NCBI GenBank assembly: GCA_951406725.2
Contig: OX597822.1
Location: 73,408,001-73,472,000, forward strand
Source of the DNA: Octopus vulgaris
Taxonomy: Eukaryota
Length of the DNA stretch: 64,000 nucleotides
Direction: 5' to 3'
Shown: positions 1-12,629 of the stretch, piece by piece
Layout: each line of letters starts with the position of its first letter
How positions within the stretch are numbered: the stretch's first letter is position 1
Translations under genes and position numbers: made by a program
Notes under the pieces: generated by a model
What the model was told of the DNA's origin: nothing
What the model saw: only the letters and a program-made list of their open reading frames with translations
Database searches by the model: none

Positions 1-712
1 TTTCATCCTTTCGAGGTCGATAAATTAAGTACCAGTTACGCACTAGGGTCGATGTAATCGACTTAATCCGTTTGTCTGTCCTTGTCTGTCCCTTCTGCGT
101 TTAACCCCTTCTGGGTAGTAAAGAAATAAGTATTTCGTCTGCCGCTACGTTCTGAGTTCAAATTCCGCCGAGGTCGACTTTGCCTTTCATCCTTTCGGGG
201 TCGATTAAATAAGTACCAGTTACGCACTGGGGTCGATGTAATCGACTTAATCCGTTTGTCTGTCCTTGTTTGTACCCTCTATGTTTAGTCCCTTGTGGCC
301 AATAAAGAAATAAGAAATGCTTAGCAGTATTTCGTCTGTCTTTACGTTCTGAGTTCAAATTTCGCCGCGGTCGACTTTGCTTTTCATCATTTCGGGGCCG
401 ATAAATTAAGTACCAGTTAAACACAGGGGTCGATGTAATCGACTCATCCTTCCCACCAAATTTCTGCCCTTGTGGAAAAATTTGAAACTATTACATGTAC
501 ATGTAAGGCGGCGAGCTGGCAGAAATGCTTAGCAGTATTTCGTCTGTCTTTACATTCTGAGTTCAAATTTCGCTGAGGTCGACTTTACCTTTTATCCTTC
601 TAGAGGTCGTTAAATTATCCTTCCAGAGGTCGTTGCGTACTGGGGTCGATCTAATCGACTGCCCCCTCCCCCAAAAATTTGCGGGCCTTATGCCTAGAGT
701 AGAAAAGAATAT
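1..712 (+). mobile_element. Head-to-tail cluster of SINE family A (tRNA-derived, MetaSINE-like core)
   Basis: Four overlapping or partial units with B-box-like GAGTTCAAATT and core GGTCGACTTTGCCTTTCATCCTTTCGGGGTCGAT..AAGTACCAG; the same unit recurs more than 10 times in the window. Confidence 0.85.
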
Positions 713-752
713 TATATGTACGCATACATTATATGTGCTTATTAATCATGAC

Positions 753-1062
753 GTGGAAGCGCATTGACCTAGTGGTTAGGACAGTGGACACGCGGTCGGA
801 GGATCGCGGTTTCGATTTCCAGACCGGGCGTTGTATGTGTTTATTGAGCAAAACCACCTAAAAGCTCCACGAGGCTTCGGCAGGGGATGGTGGTGACCCC
901 TGTTGTACTCTTTCGCCACAATTTTCTCTCACTCCCTCTTCCTGTTTCTTGAGTAACACTGCGATGGAATGACGTCCCGTCCAGCTGGGGGGAACACATA
1001 CACCACAGAAACCGGGAAACCGGTCCCATGAGCCTGGGTAGGCTTGAAAAGGGCGACGTTTT
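753..1062 (+). mobile_element. tRNA-derived SINE family C
   Basis: A-box-like TGACCTAGTGG and B-box-like GTTTCGATTTCC; homologous reverse copy at about 36910-37305. Confidence 0.8.
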
Positions 1063-1994
1063 ACGTTTATTAATTATGACATAGAATTCTTATCTTTACA
1101 TTCTATTCTTTAGTTATCCAGTTGCCATCCCCAATAATTGTACACAGAAATATCCAGTTGTAGGTTATTTTTCTATATAGATTTCTAATTATCATAATGT
1201 AGAATTCTTATGTTTATTATTTATTTTATTGAACGCTTGTTGGATGTTGCTGAAAAGAGCTCAATGTGGATATGGACGAAAAGGAATGACCAATGGATCT
1301 AGTTACGGATTCCATTGGTTATTCACAAGAATAGAAGGGAGAAGAAAACTGGTTACTTCGTCAGTCAGAGTGGACTGGTAGGCTAAAGCACAGACTTGGG
1401 AACAAAAGAACGATCCAGGTTCAAATCCTGCTGGAAACAGGATTTTGGAAAGCAGCAGGAGAATACTTAGGAGTTATGACACTACATGCGCCCGGCTCCC
1501 GTAGAGTGTCAGGTATACGGGCCGAAAAGTCCTGTCGGTAGGGGTTATTCCTTTGAAGATCCCTCCTGCTGTGCGATCGCCGTGTGGCGAATTTCTATTA
1601 TTTATTTATTATTAGATTTATTTTTATTTCTTCATCCATAACGTCAGCTATCGTAGAATGACTTTTCTTAGATATGGTCATCTTTTATTTTTGTTTCTAT
1701 AAAGCATTCCCGTTATCTAATGACGTCAATATTAGTTAAATGAAGGAATGTCTTTGGTTGAATTGAATTTAGTCGTTCTTTTTGTTAACGTTTATAAACT
1801 GGTAATTTTTCAGCTGTTCAGTTGGAATTTCACTAATTTTTGAAAGCCTTGATAATGTTGTATTAAAATTTTCGAGAATATTAATCTTAATTTTAATTAT
1901 ATTTCATATCACCCGGGGTACTGATAAATACTGACAGTGCCCCAGCATGGCTACAGATTTACGGTTGAAACACATACCAGAAGAGCATAACAGA

Positions 1995-2025
<31 letters not shown>

Positions 2026-2084
2026 CATACATACATATGTATACATACATACATATATATATATGTACATATATATATATATAC

Positions 2085-2123
<39 letters not shown>

Positions 2124-2128
2124 CATGC

Positions 2129-2206
<78 letters not shown>

Positions 2207-2209
2207 ATG

Positions 2210-2249
<40 letters not shown>

Positions 2250-2255
<6 letters not shown>

Positions 2256-2420
2256 GGGAAAACAAATTTCCAAATCAATCGGGTGCGATCCTTCAGCGTT
2301 ATATGCCTCTATATATCGTACTTTGGAGTCTTATTTATCGCATATTTATATATTTATCTATAAATATACAAAGTATCTGATAAAAGTCAATATTAAGTCA
2401 ATTTTGGGGGATTAATCGAT
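2250..2420 (+). pseudogene. Degenerate Penelope-like RT fragment
   Basis: [25 protein letters not shown] resembles the RT motif Q..G..MG...S...A..Y...LE; adjacent to an HHR and another PLE RT piece. Confidence 0.4.
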
Positions 2421-2609
2421 ATGCGGGTATTCTATTTCAGATAATACAAAAATAATCGAATGAGTATATCTGACAGTAAACTCATGGTATCAGTTTGCAC
2501 ATCACGAAATAATACTTATAGGATATAACCAAATTTGCCAGAAGGATATATAATATACTTCCTTAATTATATCATACTTAATTAATACTTATATTTATTA
2601 AATATGAAG

Positions 2610-2743
2610 GAACTACACGTGTTTCAGTATTGGAAGATTACAATATATATACATATACACAACTGTATACCCAGTTATATACATATATAAATACATGTAT
2701 GCAATCGTCAGATTTACAATTATTCCAACACATCTTCAGGTTC
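2610..2743 (-). ncRNA. Type I hammerhead ribozyme, canonical core, very long stem II
   Basis: Minus strand: GAAC-CUGAAGA-U-GUGUUGGAA..(~90 nt hairpin)..UUCCAAUAC-U-GAAAC-ACGU-GUA-GUUC. Stem I GAAC/GUUC; palindromic stem III ACACGUGU. Confidence 0.75.
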
Positions 2744-2898
2744 TATTTCAAAATATTATGTATCTAATTTTACATCACTTCAAAAATAAGCAATACTATT
2801 AAGCATTAAAGATTAAAAATTAAAAATTAAGAATGAAAATTATACTTTGTAATATTAAGAATTAACATTTATAAATTATACATTATAAATATGAATTA

Positions 2899-2936
<38 letters not shown>

Positions 2937-3179
2937 TATAAAATGAAGTATATGTCAAATACAGAATGTGAGATTTAAGATTAAACATCAGAAATAAAAT
3001 GTCTATGTTTAAATGTGATAAATAACAAGAAAAAATCAAATACATATCTTCCTTCTTTTTTTTGCTGGTACTAAAATGGGAATTTGAGAAAGAAGATAGC
3101 AGGGAACTATGGGTATTTATTACCCATAGTTTAGTACCAAGAGATGTAATTACACTATACATAGTTTTAATGTATATAG

Positions 3180-3720
3180 ACTGGTTACACCACTTTATGA
3201 TAAACTACTAGAAAAGGAAATAATGAAAAAATATAAGGTAGTTAATAAAAATTATTTAGTTAATATTAACGTAATTTCAAAAAAGTCATGGTTAAATATA
3301 GTATTGAAAATAGAACTGAACCATATGCCCCGATACATCCAAGAATAATGATTAAAGACCATAAGGATAATTTTTATTCAAACCCCCAAGTAAGATTAAT
3401 ATGCCCTAGCATGTCAGATATAGGTAGACTTAGTAAATATATAGGTAAATTAAATAAGTTAGGTAACCTTAAACACTGGAATTGTACCCGAGATACTATA
3501 AAATGGTTTAACAATATTAAGGATAAAAATAAAAGTAAATTCCTTCAAATTAATATAGAGAATTATTATTCATCTATAAATGAAGTGGTTTTAAATAAGG
3601 CTCGTCATATGCCATGAGAAAGGTAAAAGTAGTGTTGGCCGCGAGGAAGTCCATTATAAAATCTAAAGATAAACTATGGGCAAAGAAAAGACACTAGAGA
3701 TTGTTTTGATATGTCTTTTT
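3180..3720 (+). pseudogene. Penelope-like element RT fragment (Naiad/Chlamys-like)
   Basis: ORF 3288-3617 contains KDHKDNF..NPQVRLICPSMSDIGRLSK..HWNCT..IKWF..NIENYYSSI; after a frameshift it continues AARKSII..LWAKK..FDM. These are motifs typical of this PLE clade. Truncated by (TA)n. Confidence 0.8.
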
Positions 3721-3771
3721 GCTTATGTATAAATATATATAAATGTATGTGTATATGTAGGTAGGTAGATA

Positions 3772-3902
<131 letters not shown>

Positions 3903-3960
3903 ATAGGTGAATGAATTATCCTATGTTTATCGTCAGCATGGACATATATATATGTGTGTG

Positions 3961-4014
<54 letters not shown>

Positions 4015-4446
4015 TGTATGTATTTATACGTGTATGGGGAGTATTTATATATATACATATATAAAATTATCTATGTATAATACATATACATACATATAAA
4101 CATATGAATTTCATGGACTCTCTTATATGGCTAAGAATATTCTAATGTTCCTTTATTAACCGAACGTTCAATTGATTTTATTTTTTTCAAGTTCATAACC
4201 GAAATTTGTACGATTTTTGTACTGTTCTCCAATTTCTTCTAATGACATCAACGCGTATCAAGTTATAATATAAATATCTCTTCTGGGATATTTATCATGT
4301 ATCTTTTGGACATATATGATACATATATATATATAGAAGTTTATCATACTCATATAAGAATTTATATGCATGTGTATGTGCGTTTGTGGCTCTGCTTGCA
4401 CATGTGCATATATTTTTGTACACGCATATTTATTTATTTATTTATT

Positions 4447-4532
<86 letters not shown>

Positions 4533-4637
4533 TTGTTGTTGGACACAACTCATTCATTTAAATGCAAATATATATATATATATATTATAAATATATATAT
4601 ATATATTTATATATATATATATATATGTATATATATA

Positions 4638-4820
4638 GTGACGCATATTTGCCATTTGAATATGGTTAACCCCTAAGGGTGGATGCTACTGTAGTTTGTA
4701 GCCCCAGGAAGATATCTCCTCCAGCTGGCTATAGACACACTATCTGTGTCCTCTCAGTATTTGTGAAGGGAAGTCATCCTCCCCGTCTTCAACTCATGAT
4801 ACACACGTACTCGAGTTTCA
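4638..4820 (+). repeat. Short structured repeat inserted in (TA)n
   Basis: Shares TAGCCCCAGG..TCCAGCTGGCTATA..GACACA..ATCTGTGTCCT with the fold-back at 39243-39579. Confidence 0.6.
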
Positions 4821-4869
4821 TATATATATATATATATATATACATGCATACGTATATATGCGTATGCTC

Positions 4870-5090
4870 TAGGCGTGGGGCTTAGTGATTGCACTCACAA
4901 TCGTAAGATTGCGGTTTCGATTCTTTAAACCAGCGATGCATTGTGTTCTTGAACAAATCACTTCATTTCATATTACTTCGCTCGGCCAGTGGAAATGAGT
5001 AATCGTAGGACGGAGCAGCGTCCCATTAGGGGATGGCAAATACATATGCAACAGAATCCGTAAAAACTGGCCCTATGAGCCTAAATCTGG
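4870..5090 (+). mobile_element. SINE family C variant
   Basis: tRNA-like head GGCTTAGTG..GGTTTCGATT followed by TTGTGTTCTTGA..ACTTCATTTC; related copies at 8555, 26245, 29920 and 43145. Confidence 0.7.
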
Positions 5091-5446
5091 AGAAAGTCAA
5101 TATAAATTAAAACTTTCACTACGATATTTATGTTGAAATATACCGCGTTGAGTTCAGCTTGCGTTGAAAATGATGAAGAATTATATGAAATTTTGTCATT
5201 ATTCAGTTGGTGTTTGGAATACTAATTCACACGGATTTTGATGGAAGTGTTAAATTTGGATAATATTCCTTTCTATCTTAGACACAAGAAGAACTTAAAT
5301 TAAACTCAAATAAGAGTCATACATACATACATACATACATACAAACATACATGTATACATACACACATACAAACATACATACATACATACATACATACAT
5401 ACATACATACATACATACATACATACATACATACATACATACATAC

Positions 5447-5640
5447 AATCTTGAGAAATTAGGCTTCTCAAAATCAGAAAGGTGAAATCTAATTCGAAGA
5501 CTACAGATTCAATCCTTCACTGGAACTGTAAAATTCTGTAAAACTTTCCAGTTTATCATTTAGATATATATATAAGCATGTCTAGATATGCAACTATATG
5601 CAAGAGAGAATACATACATAAAACATATAAAACTGCACAT
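5447..5640 (+). mobile_element. 5'-truncated R4/Dong-like non-LTR element 3' end
   Basis: Translates NLEKLGFSKSER*NLIRRLQIQSFTGTVKFCKTF, homologous to the C-terminus at 6180-6290; flanked by (TACA)n. Confidence 0.7.
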
Positions 5641-5850
5641 ACATACATACACGTTATACATACATACATACATACATACATACATACATACATACATACA
5701 TGCATACATACATACATACATACAAACATACATACATACAGATATACATGCAGACATACATACATACATACATACATACATACATACATACATACATACA
5801 TACATACATACATACATACATACATACATACATACATACATACATACATA

Positions 5851-6403
5851 CGTATGTGGCACGATGTTGTTGCTAAAATAATTTACAATGCCATCCGCAA
5901 AAAAGACTGTTATGGAATACATTCAGAAACAGCAACTCAAGGAATACTGGTGGAATATTCCCATCAAATATAAACATAACAGGCCGGATATTGCCGTTTG
6001 CACCATCATAGAAGTCAGCTGCCCTACAGATATAAGTATCTCTTTGAAAATCAAAGTAAAAGAGGATATCTATGGACAACTGCTTCGAAACCTCCAAATT
6101 CTTTATCCAGTCCATGAATTCATATTCATACCAATAATAATTGGAGCATTAGGCTTTGTTAGTAAATGCTTAAAGGATAATCTAGATAAACTGGGAGTTT
6201 AAGAAAGAGAAATTGACCGGCTAATTCGTACATTATAAGTGCAATCTGTGAGTGGAACAGTAGAAATATGCAAGACTTTTCTCAAGTTCCAGATGTGAAT
6301 TTGTCTGTGTTAACTACATCTCAAAGATGGAGCCCTGCATCTTTGATGGAAACCGTTTCCGTCCATGGTGAAAGATTTATAGGAATTAAAAAGTAGAAGA
6401 GAC
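5851..6403 (+). mobile_element. R4/Dong-like non-LTR retrotransposon 3' portion (RLE endonuclease + 3' UTR)
   Basis: WHDVVAKIIY..EYWWN..HNRPDI..IIEVSCP..K..KEDIYGQL..FIPIIIGALG matches the restriction-like endonuclease domain; flanked on both sides by (TACA)n. Confidence 0.85.
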
Positions 6404-6448
6404 ATACATACGTACATACATACATACATACATACATACATACATACA

Positions 6449-6480
<32 letters not shown>

Positions 6481-6685
6481 GTGTGATTGCTCTATCATCA
6501 CAGATGATTGCCGTCTCTCTGAGCTTCTAAAAGTTTATAAACTACTTTATATAATCACCTGATGCATACGGTCTTTTTTGTTTTTCGCATGATGTAATAA
6601 TTCTATTCATCATTAAAAAAAGCACGTCTGAAACAGCAGTAATGAGGGAACCACAATCTATCTATAGTTATTTGCTTCATATATA

Positions 6686-6717
<32 letters not shown>

Positions 6718-6721
<4 letters not shown>

Positions 6722-6822
6722 ATGAGATATCAAGAGGTATGAGAGGTGTTATCTTTACGGGCGCAATTTAAGTGGTTACATAAATATATTAACCTCTCAT
6801 ACCTCCCGACTCTTAATGGTTT
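6718..6822. repeat. Short inverted repeat between (TA)n tracts
   Basis: AAACCAT..GAGGTATGAGAGG versus CCTCTCATACCTC..ATGGTTT. Confidence 0.6.
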
Positions 6823-6862
6823 CTATACTCCTTATAAAATAATTACATCTATCGATGAACTC

Positions 6863-6906
<44 letters not shown>

Positions 6907-6913
6907 ACATACA

Positions 6914-6944
<31 letters not shown>

Positions 6945-7089
6945 CATAATATATTATTATTAATATCAGGAAATCAATATTAGAAAATTCTTCAGAAAGA
7001 TATATACGTGTGTAAAATAATATATATGTATAAGTATAAATATATAATGCATATGACAGCTTTAAAGTTTTTCATTAAGTATTTAAAGC

Positions 7090-7179
7090 ATCTTACGATT
7101 GTTTCACAGAGGTGCTGTCCCTATAATGAAATCCTATATTGATAAGCATTTATAGACAACTCTTCTGCTCTTCAGAGAT
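7090..7179 (-). ncRNA. Type I hammerhead ribozyme, canonical core, long stem II
   Basis: Minus strand: AUCU-CUGAAGA-GCAGAAGAGUUGUCUAUAA..UAUAGGGACAGCACCUCUGU-GAAAC-AAUC-GUA-AGAU. Lies within the repeat 6945-7490, which is related to 46258-46710. Confidence 0.75.
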
Positions 7180-7519
7180 ATAAAATTTGAATTTTGTATA
7201 AAATATCGAATGGTAGTTTTTTTTTAAATTTGAATACTATAAAATGGTGTTTGTTTGAAATATAAATTATAAATTACTGCTTTTGATGAGAGTCTTTAAA
7301 TTCATATATTCTTCCTTGGTTAGTCTTCTGTAATAATCCATAATATTCATATGTAAAATCGGTTATATAGAATAATAGAATCCATTATTCTATATTATCT
7401 ATATTATATGAGTATATGAACTATATTTGGAATACAATAGAGTACTCAGTATATAATATTCTCATTGAATATATTTAACTAAAGATTTATATATATATGA
7501 AAAAGTTTTCCCATATTTG

Positions 7520-7573
7520 TCTCTGGTGACGAAATATCCCATACTTGGTGATATCCCAGAAACAGCTGTAAGA
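7520..7573 (+). ncRNA. Type I hammerhead ribozyme, one core substitution (A6G)
   Basis: UCU-CUGGUGA-..AUAUCCCA-UACU-UGG-U-GAUAU..-GAAAC-AGCU-GUA-AGA; palindromic stem III ACAGCUGU. Confidence 0.65.
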
Positions 7574-7792
7574 ATTTCTTCCTATAATAATATTGTATAT
7601 GACTTGAGATATTTGTCTTGCCTTAATGTTTGACGTCCTGTTTGACTATTATATATCCGCTGCATCGGAAATCTGCAACGGCTCCATAACTACCGTCCTG
7701 GCTATAACGCTGGAGCCCCAGCAATCCGTTACAGCACTTACCTAGCGAACCTAATCCTTTAGATCACCTGTGAACTAAACCCCCATCCTTTG

Positions 7793-7831
<39 letters not shown>

Positions 7832-7833
<2 letters not shown>

Positions 7834-8136
7834 CGTTTTGGGATTTGGTTTGCAAGATACTCTATGGGAGTTCGGGTATTGAAGCATATTCTGTTGTGTC
7901 TGGGGAGAGTCATTTTCTTTTTGTGCCTTATAATTTAACACACTCACCGGTAAAATTTCCCCTTATTTATTTTTTATTTTTGTAAAATGTTCGTTGTGTC
8001 TTGCAACCTTTTCAATAGTTAAGGTTGCAAGACGCAACGAAAATTTTACAAAAATAAAAAATAAAGTGGAATTTTACCGGTGAGTGTGTTAAATCATAAG
8101 GCAGCAAAAGAGAATGGCTCTCCCCAGACACAACAG
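7832..8136. mobile_element. Fold-back short element with degenerate U3-A8 HHR at its centre
   Basis: About 120-bp inverted arms (7891-8010 / 8021-8136). Minus arm reads UUGAAAA-G-GUUGC-aagac-ACAAC-GAAC; plus arm reads GUUGC-aagac-GCAAC-GAAA-AUUU. Confidence 0.65.
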
Positions 8137-8149
8137 TATATATATACAC

Positions 8150-8180
<31 letters not shown>

Positions 8181-8198
8181 CATACATACATACATACA

Positions 8199-8234
<36 letters not shown>

Positions 8235-8287
8235 TACACGCACAACATATATATGTACATATATATATATATGTGTATATATATATG

Positions 8288-8337
<50 letters not shown>

Positions 8338-8554
8338 TGTGTGTGTACATGAACGTATGTGTGTGTTCTCTCTTCTTTGGTGTTATTTTTAAATCGTCGA
8401 TATTTTCAGCGTTATTTCTTTTCTCTTTTTTAATTTTTGTTGGTGTTGCTGCCTCCTTTTATAGCTATACTCTTCGATACTTGACATAACCTCTCTATCA
8501 CAGAACCGACAGAGACATCCCTATGCAGACCCTCCCCTTCTTCTAATCTTTTTC

Positions 8555-8865
8555 TCAGTGGTTAGAGCATCGGGCTTGCAATCATGAGGTTGTGAGTTCG
8601 ATTTCCGGACTGGACTCTCTTTTGCGTTCCTGAGCAAGAGACCTTATTTCACGTTGGTCCAATTCATTCAGCTGTAGAAATGAGTTGCGAAGTCACTGGT
8701 GCCAAGCTAAATCAGCCTTTGCCTTTTCCCTAGACATCAGTGGTGTGAAGAGAGGAAAGTGCTGGTCTTCTATAAACAACCATGCCCGAACTCGTGCCTC
8801 GAAGGGGAACTTTCTAGGTGCAATCAAATGGTCACTTGTGACCGAAAAGAGGTCTTTGCTTTTTA
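8555..8865 (+). mobile_element. SINE family C variant
   Basis: CTCAGTGGTTAGAGC..GAGTTCGATTTCC tRNA-like head and shared body. Confidence 0.65.
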
Positions 8866-8949
8866 CCCTGTAGTAACCGCACCATTTCTGAAATGCAAGT
8901 CACCATTTCTTAGTCTTCCACGATATCTCAGTAACCACATAGAATATTG

Positions 8950-9200
8950 AATAATGGTAAGTTCTCCATCAAGACACAAAAGTGTTTCGTATGTACTCTG
9001 GTATCCCTTCACGAGTGATGAATGTTTGCAAACTCACCGTGCATGATCTGTTTAGGGACTTTCGTGTCTGGTAACCATTTTACATCTCATATCTCAGTTA
9101 CCGGAGTTATCTGCGCGGGTTCTGTAATTGTTGATATCATCGATGTGACTGGTTCGGTTCTGTGATGGGAGCGTACAGTAAATGTTATGTGAACGAATTC
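8950..9200 (-). pseudogene. Degenerate RTE-like LINE 3' fragment
   Basis: Minus-strand LPDTKVPKQIMHGEF resembles the RTE C-terminal motif P.K...YGEL. Confidence 0.4.
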
Positions 9201-9296
9201 TGTAAAGATAGCAAAAATTTTAATAAATGCAAAATTTATCTGAGAAATATACATTTTTCCTAATTCGTGCAAGAATGTTTCGTTGAAAGGACTCTG

Positions 9297-9626
<330 letters not shown>

Positions 9627-9926
9627 CCGATGGTAACTAAAATTGCGCATTCTTGTCCAGAGGCATGAGTTGCTTCACGATGACTGTGGATGAGGAGGTG
9701 AAAAGAACTGGAAGGGCCAGTGAACCCAGTGGTAGTGTTACCTGGACACAAGCAAGAGTTTCATCAACCCAGGCTGAGCCACCTGGGTGACTTTGTCTGA
9801 TGTTGAAAGACCCGAAATACCTGATAACGCCATATATATTTACAAATGTATTTTTGTACATATACACACATATATATATATATATGTATACATACGTATA
9901 TATGTATATATGAATACATATGTATG

Positions 9927-9967
<41 letters not shown>

Positions 9968-10000
9968 ATATATATATATATGTGTGTATATGTGTATGTA

Positions 10001-10048
<48 letters not shown>

Positions 10049-10226
10049 TGTGTGTGTGTCTATATATATACACACTCATACACACATATATATATATATA
10101 TATGTGAGTATATATATATATATATATATACATACCTATTTTCTCTAATTCTTTTTTCTCCTCTTCACCGTTTTCTATCCGTCTCTCTCTCTTCCTCCTC
10201 TACTCTTCTCCTTTACTCTCTCTCTT

Positions 10227-10274
<48 letters not shown>

Positions 10275-10762
10275 GTTGCTCACACGTGACCATCGGCCAT
10301 CTTTCCTTTCCTCACGTTATCATCATTCTTTTCTGACAGTCTGTTGTGCAGTCAAGACACGTTCCTATCTGTCTCCTCTCCTATCTTTTCTCTTATCAAA
10401 GAATTTTCTTCAAGCTTTCTTTACCTTACCTCGTCTGAGCCTAACAGCCCTCTCTGTATTCGTTTCGTTTGGTTTGTTGTATGTCTCAAATTATATTTTG
10501 GTTCGCGGGTGCAATTGCCTTCAAAGTCTTATCTTGTCGTTCATTGCTCGAAATAAGGAGCAGAAGGTCAGCCAACAACTGATGAAGGATCATTTCTTCA
10601 TATTATTTGTCTTATTTTCCATTTGTTTCTCTCCTTTTTGTACCAAACGTTATTTTCGTATTTCATGATGTTTACGTTTTGTGACGTCCTGTACCCATAC
10701 ATGCATACCTATAAATATACACATGTATGAACATGTGTGGGTGCATATATGCATATATACAT

Positions 10763-10827
<65 letters not shown>

Positions 10828-11052
10828 CATACATATACATATATATATATATATATATATAAGTGGAGTTTAACGCAGGTATAAATCAAATACTTTTACT
10901 TTCGACACATGTTTCGAAGATTTCCCTGATATTAAAAAGAATAAATGGTATTAAACAACCTCTTTACTTGTGTGATTTTTTGCTACCCTGATAACTATTT
11001 ATCGATTTTTTTTCGTGTTAATTGCTAACATGGCAAAAATACACTCATCACC

Positions 11053-11105
<53 letters not shown>

Positions 11106-11542
11106 TATTTACATTAAAGATTGTTGGTTTCAGCTTATCGATATCAACTTTGTGTGTATTTGAAAAATGATTTTAAGCTAGAACATAAAAATACTTATGA
11201 CTATGTTAAAATAAATCATATTGATAAGTACCTCTATTTTCTTGTGCTTAGATTAGCTTTGCATGTGATACCAATTGATGAATCATCTCCGACATCTGTC
11301 GGCAACTACACTCAAAAACACATGTACCCCATGCATATACAGATACATACATACATACATACATACATACATACGTACATACATACATACATTCATACAT
11401 ACATATATAAAACCAAAAAGTAACAAAAATACCCTGTGATTGATGTTGAAATTTCAATGAAGGAGCCTTGGCTATAGACTACAAACTGGCTCTTTCTCTA
11501 TTGGCAAGAAATCTTGAAATGTAGCTAAACAATGACATACGT

Positions 11543-11639
<97 letters not shown>

Positions 11640-11731
11640 TGTGTGTGTGTGTGTGTGTGTATGCACAAATAGAGAGGGAAGGAGAGAAAGATAGATAGAT
11701 GGATAGACAGATAGATAAATACATACATACT

Positions 11732-11786
<55 letters not shown>

Positions 11787-11880
11787 TTATATATACATAT
11801 ATATAAGTGTATATATATATATATGAAGGGATATGCAGTTATGTGTCTTTGTGTGCACGTATACATGTAGACGTATACAT

Positions 11881-11957
<77 letters not shown>

Positions 11958-11988
11958 CCGTTCGATTCACTTCAACATTTAAGTTTAA

Positions 11989-12038
11989 TTTGTCAAAATA
12001 TTTTCGTCGCTAAAATCCGCGACCTGTTCACTGACAAA
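11989..12038 (-). ncRNA. Type I hammerhead ribozyme with G3-C8 core
   Basis: Minus strand: UUUGUCA-GUGAACA-G-GUCGC-ggauuuua-GCGAC-GAA-AAUAUU-U-UGACAAA. 7-bp stem I, 5-bp stem II, palindromic stem III. Confidence 0.75.
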
Positions 12039-12074
12039 AATCCGTGCTGCACGGATTTTTGTCAGTGAACGGCT

Positions 12075-12432
12075 TTTACTCTTTTACTCTTTTACTCTTT
12101 TACCTGTTTCAGTCATTTGACTGCGGCCATGCTGGAGCACCGCCTTTAGTCGAGCAAATCGACCCCGGGACTTATTCTTTGTAAGCCCAGTACTTATTTT
12201 ATCGGTCTCTTTTGTCGAACCGCTAAGTGACGGGGACGTAAACACACCAGCATCGGTTGTCAAGCAATGCTAGGGGGACAAACACAGACACACAAACACA
12301 CACACACACATATATATATACATATATACGACAGGCCTCTTTCAGTTTCGTCTACTAAATCCACTCACAAGGCATTGGTCGGCCCGGGGCTATAGCAGAA
12401 GACATTTGCCATGTGGTTGGTTAGCAAGCTAC
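12075..12432 (-). mobile_element. SINE family B (tRNA/CORE-like composite) interrupting the G3-C8 HHR element
   Basis: Typical TTTCAGTCATTTGACTGCGGCCATGCTGGAGCACCGCC body. The HHR element resumes at 12444-12537, matching 49101-49194. Confidence 0.85.
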
Positions 12433-12534
12433 TTGTGTTTCTTAAATGGCTTACAAACACCTTCCACGCTGCAATTGTTTTCGTTTCAGCACACGATCTC
12501 AGATCAAATCACTTGCTATGCGAGTACATCTCCG

Positions 12535-12629
<95 letters not shown>

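Noticed and set aside
753-830. tRNA genes at SINE heads
   Set aside because: No complete cloverleaf, and they are always fused to SINE bodies.
6605-6646. GAAAC-AGCA-GTA with TCAT/ATGA stem (similar remnants at 9803, 10892, 16578 and 41965)
   Set aside because: One of the two core boxes is missing or too decayed to call.
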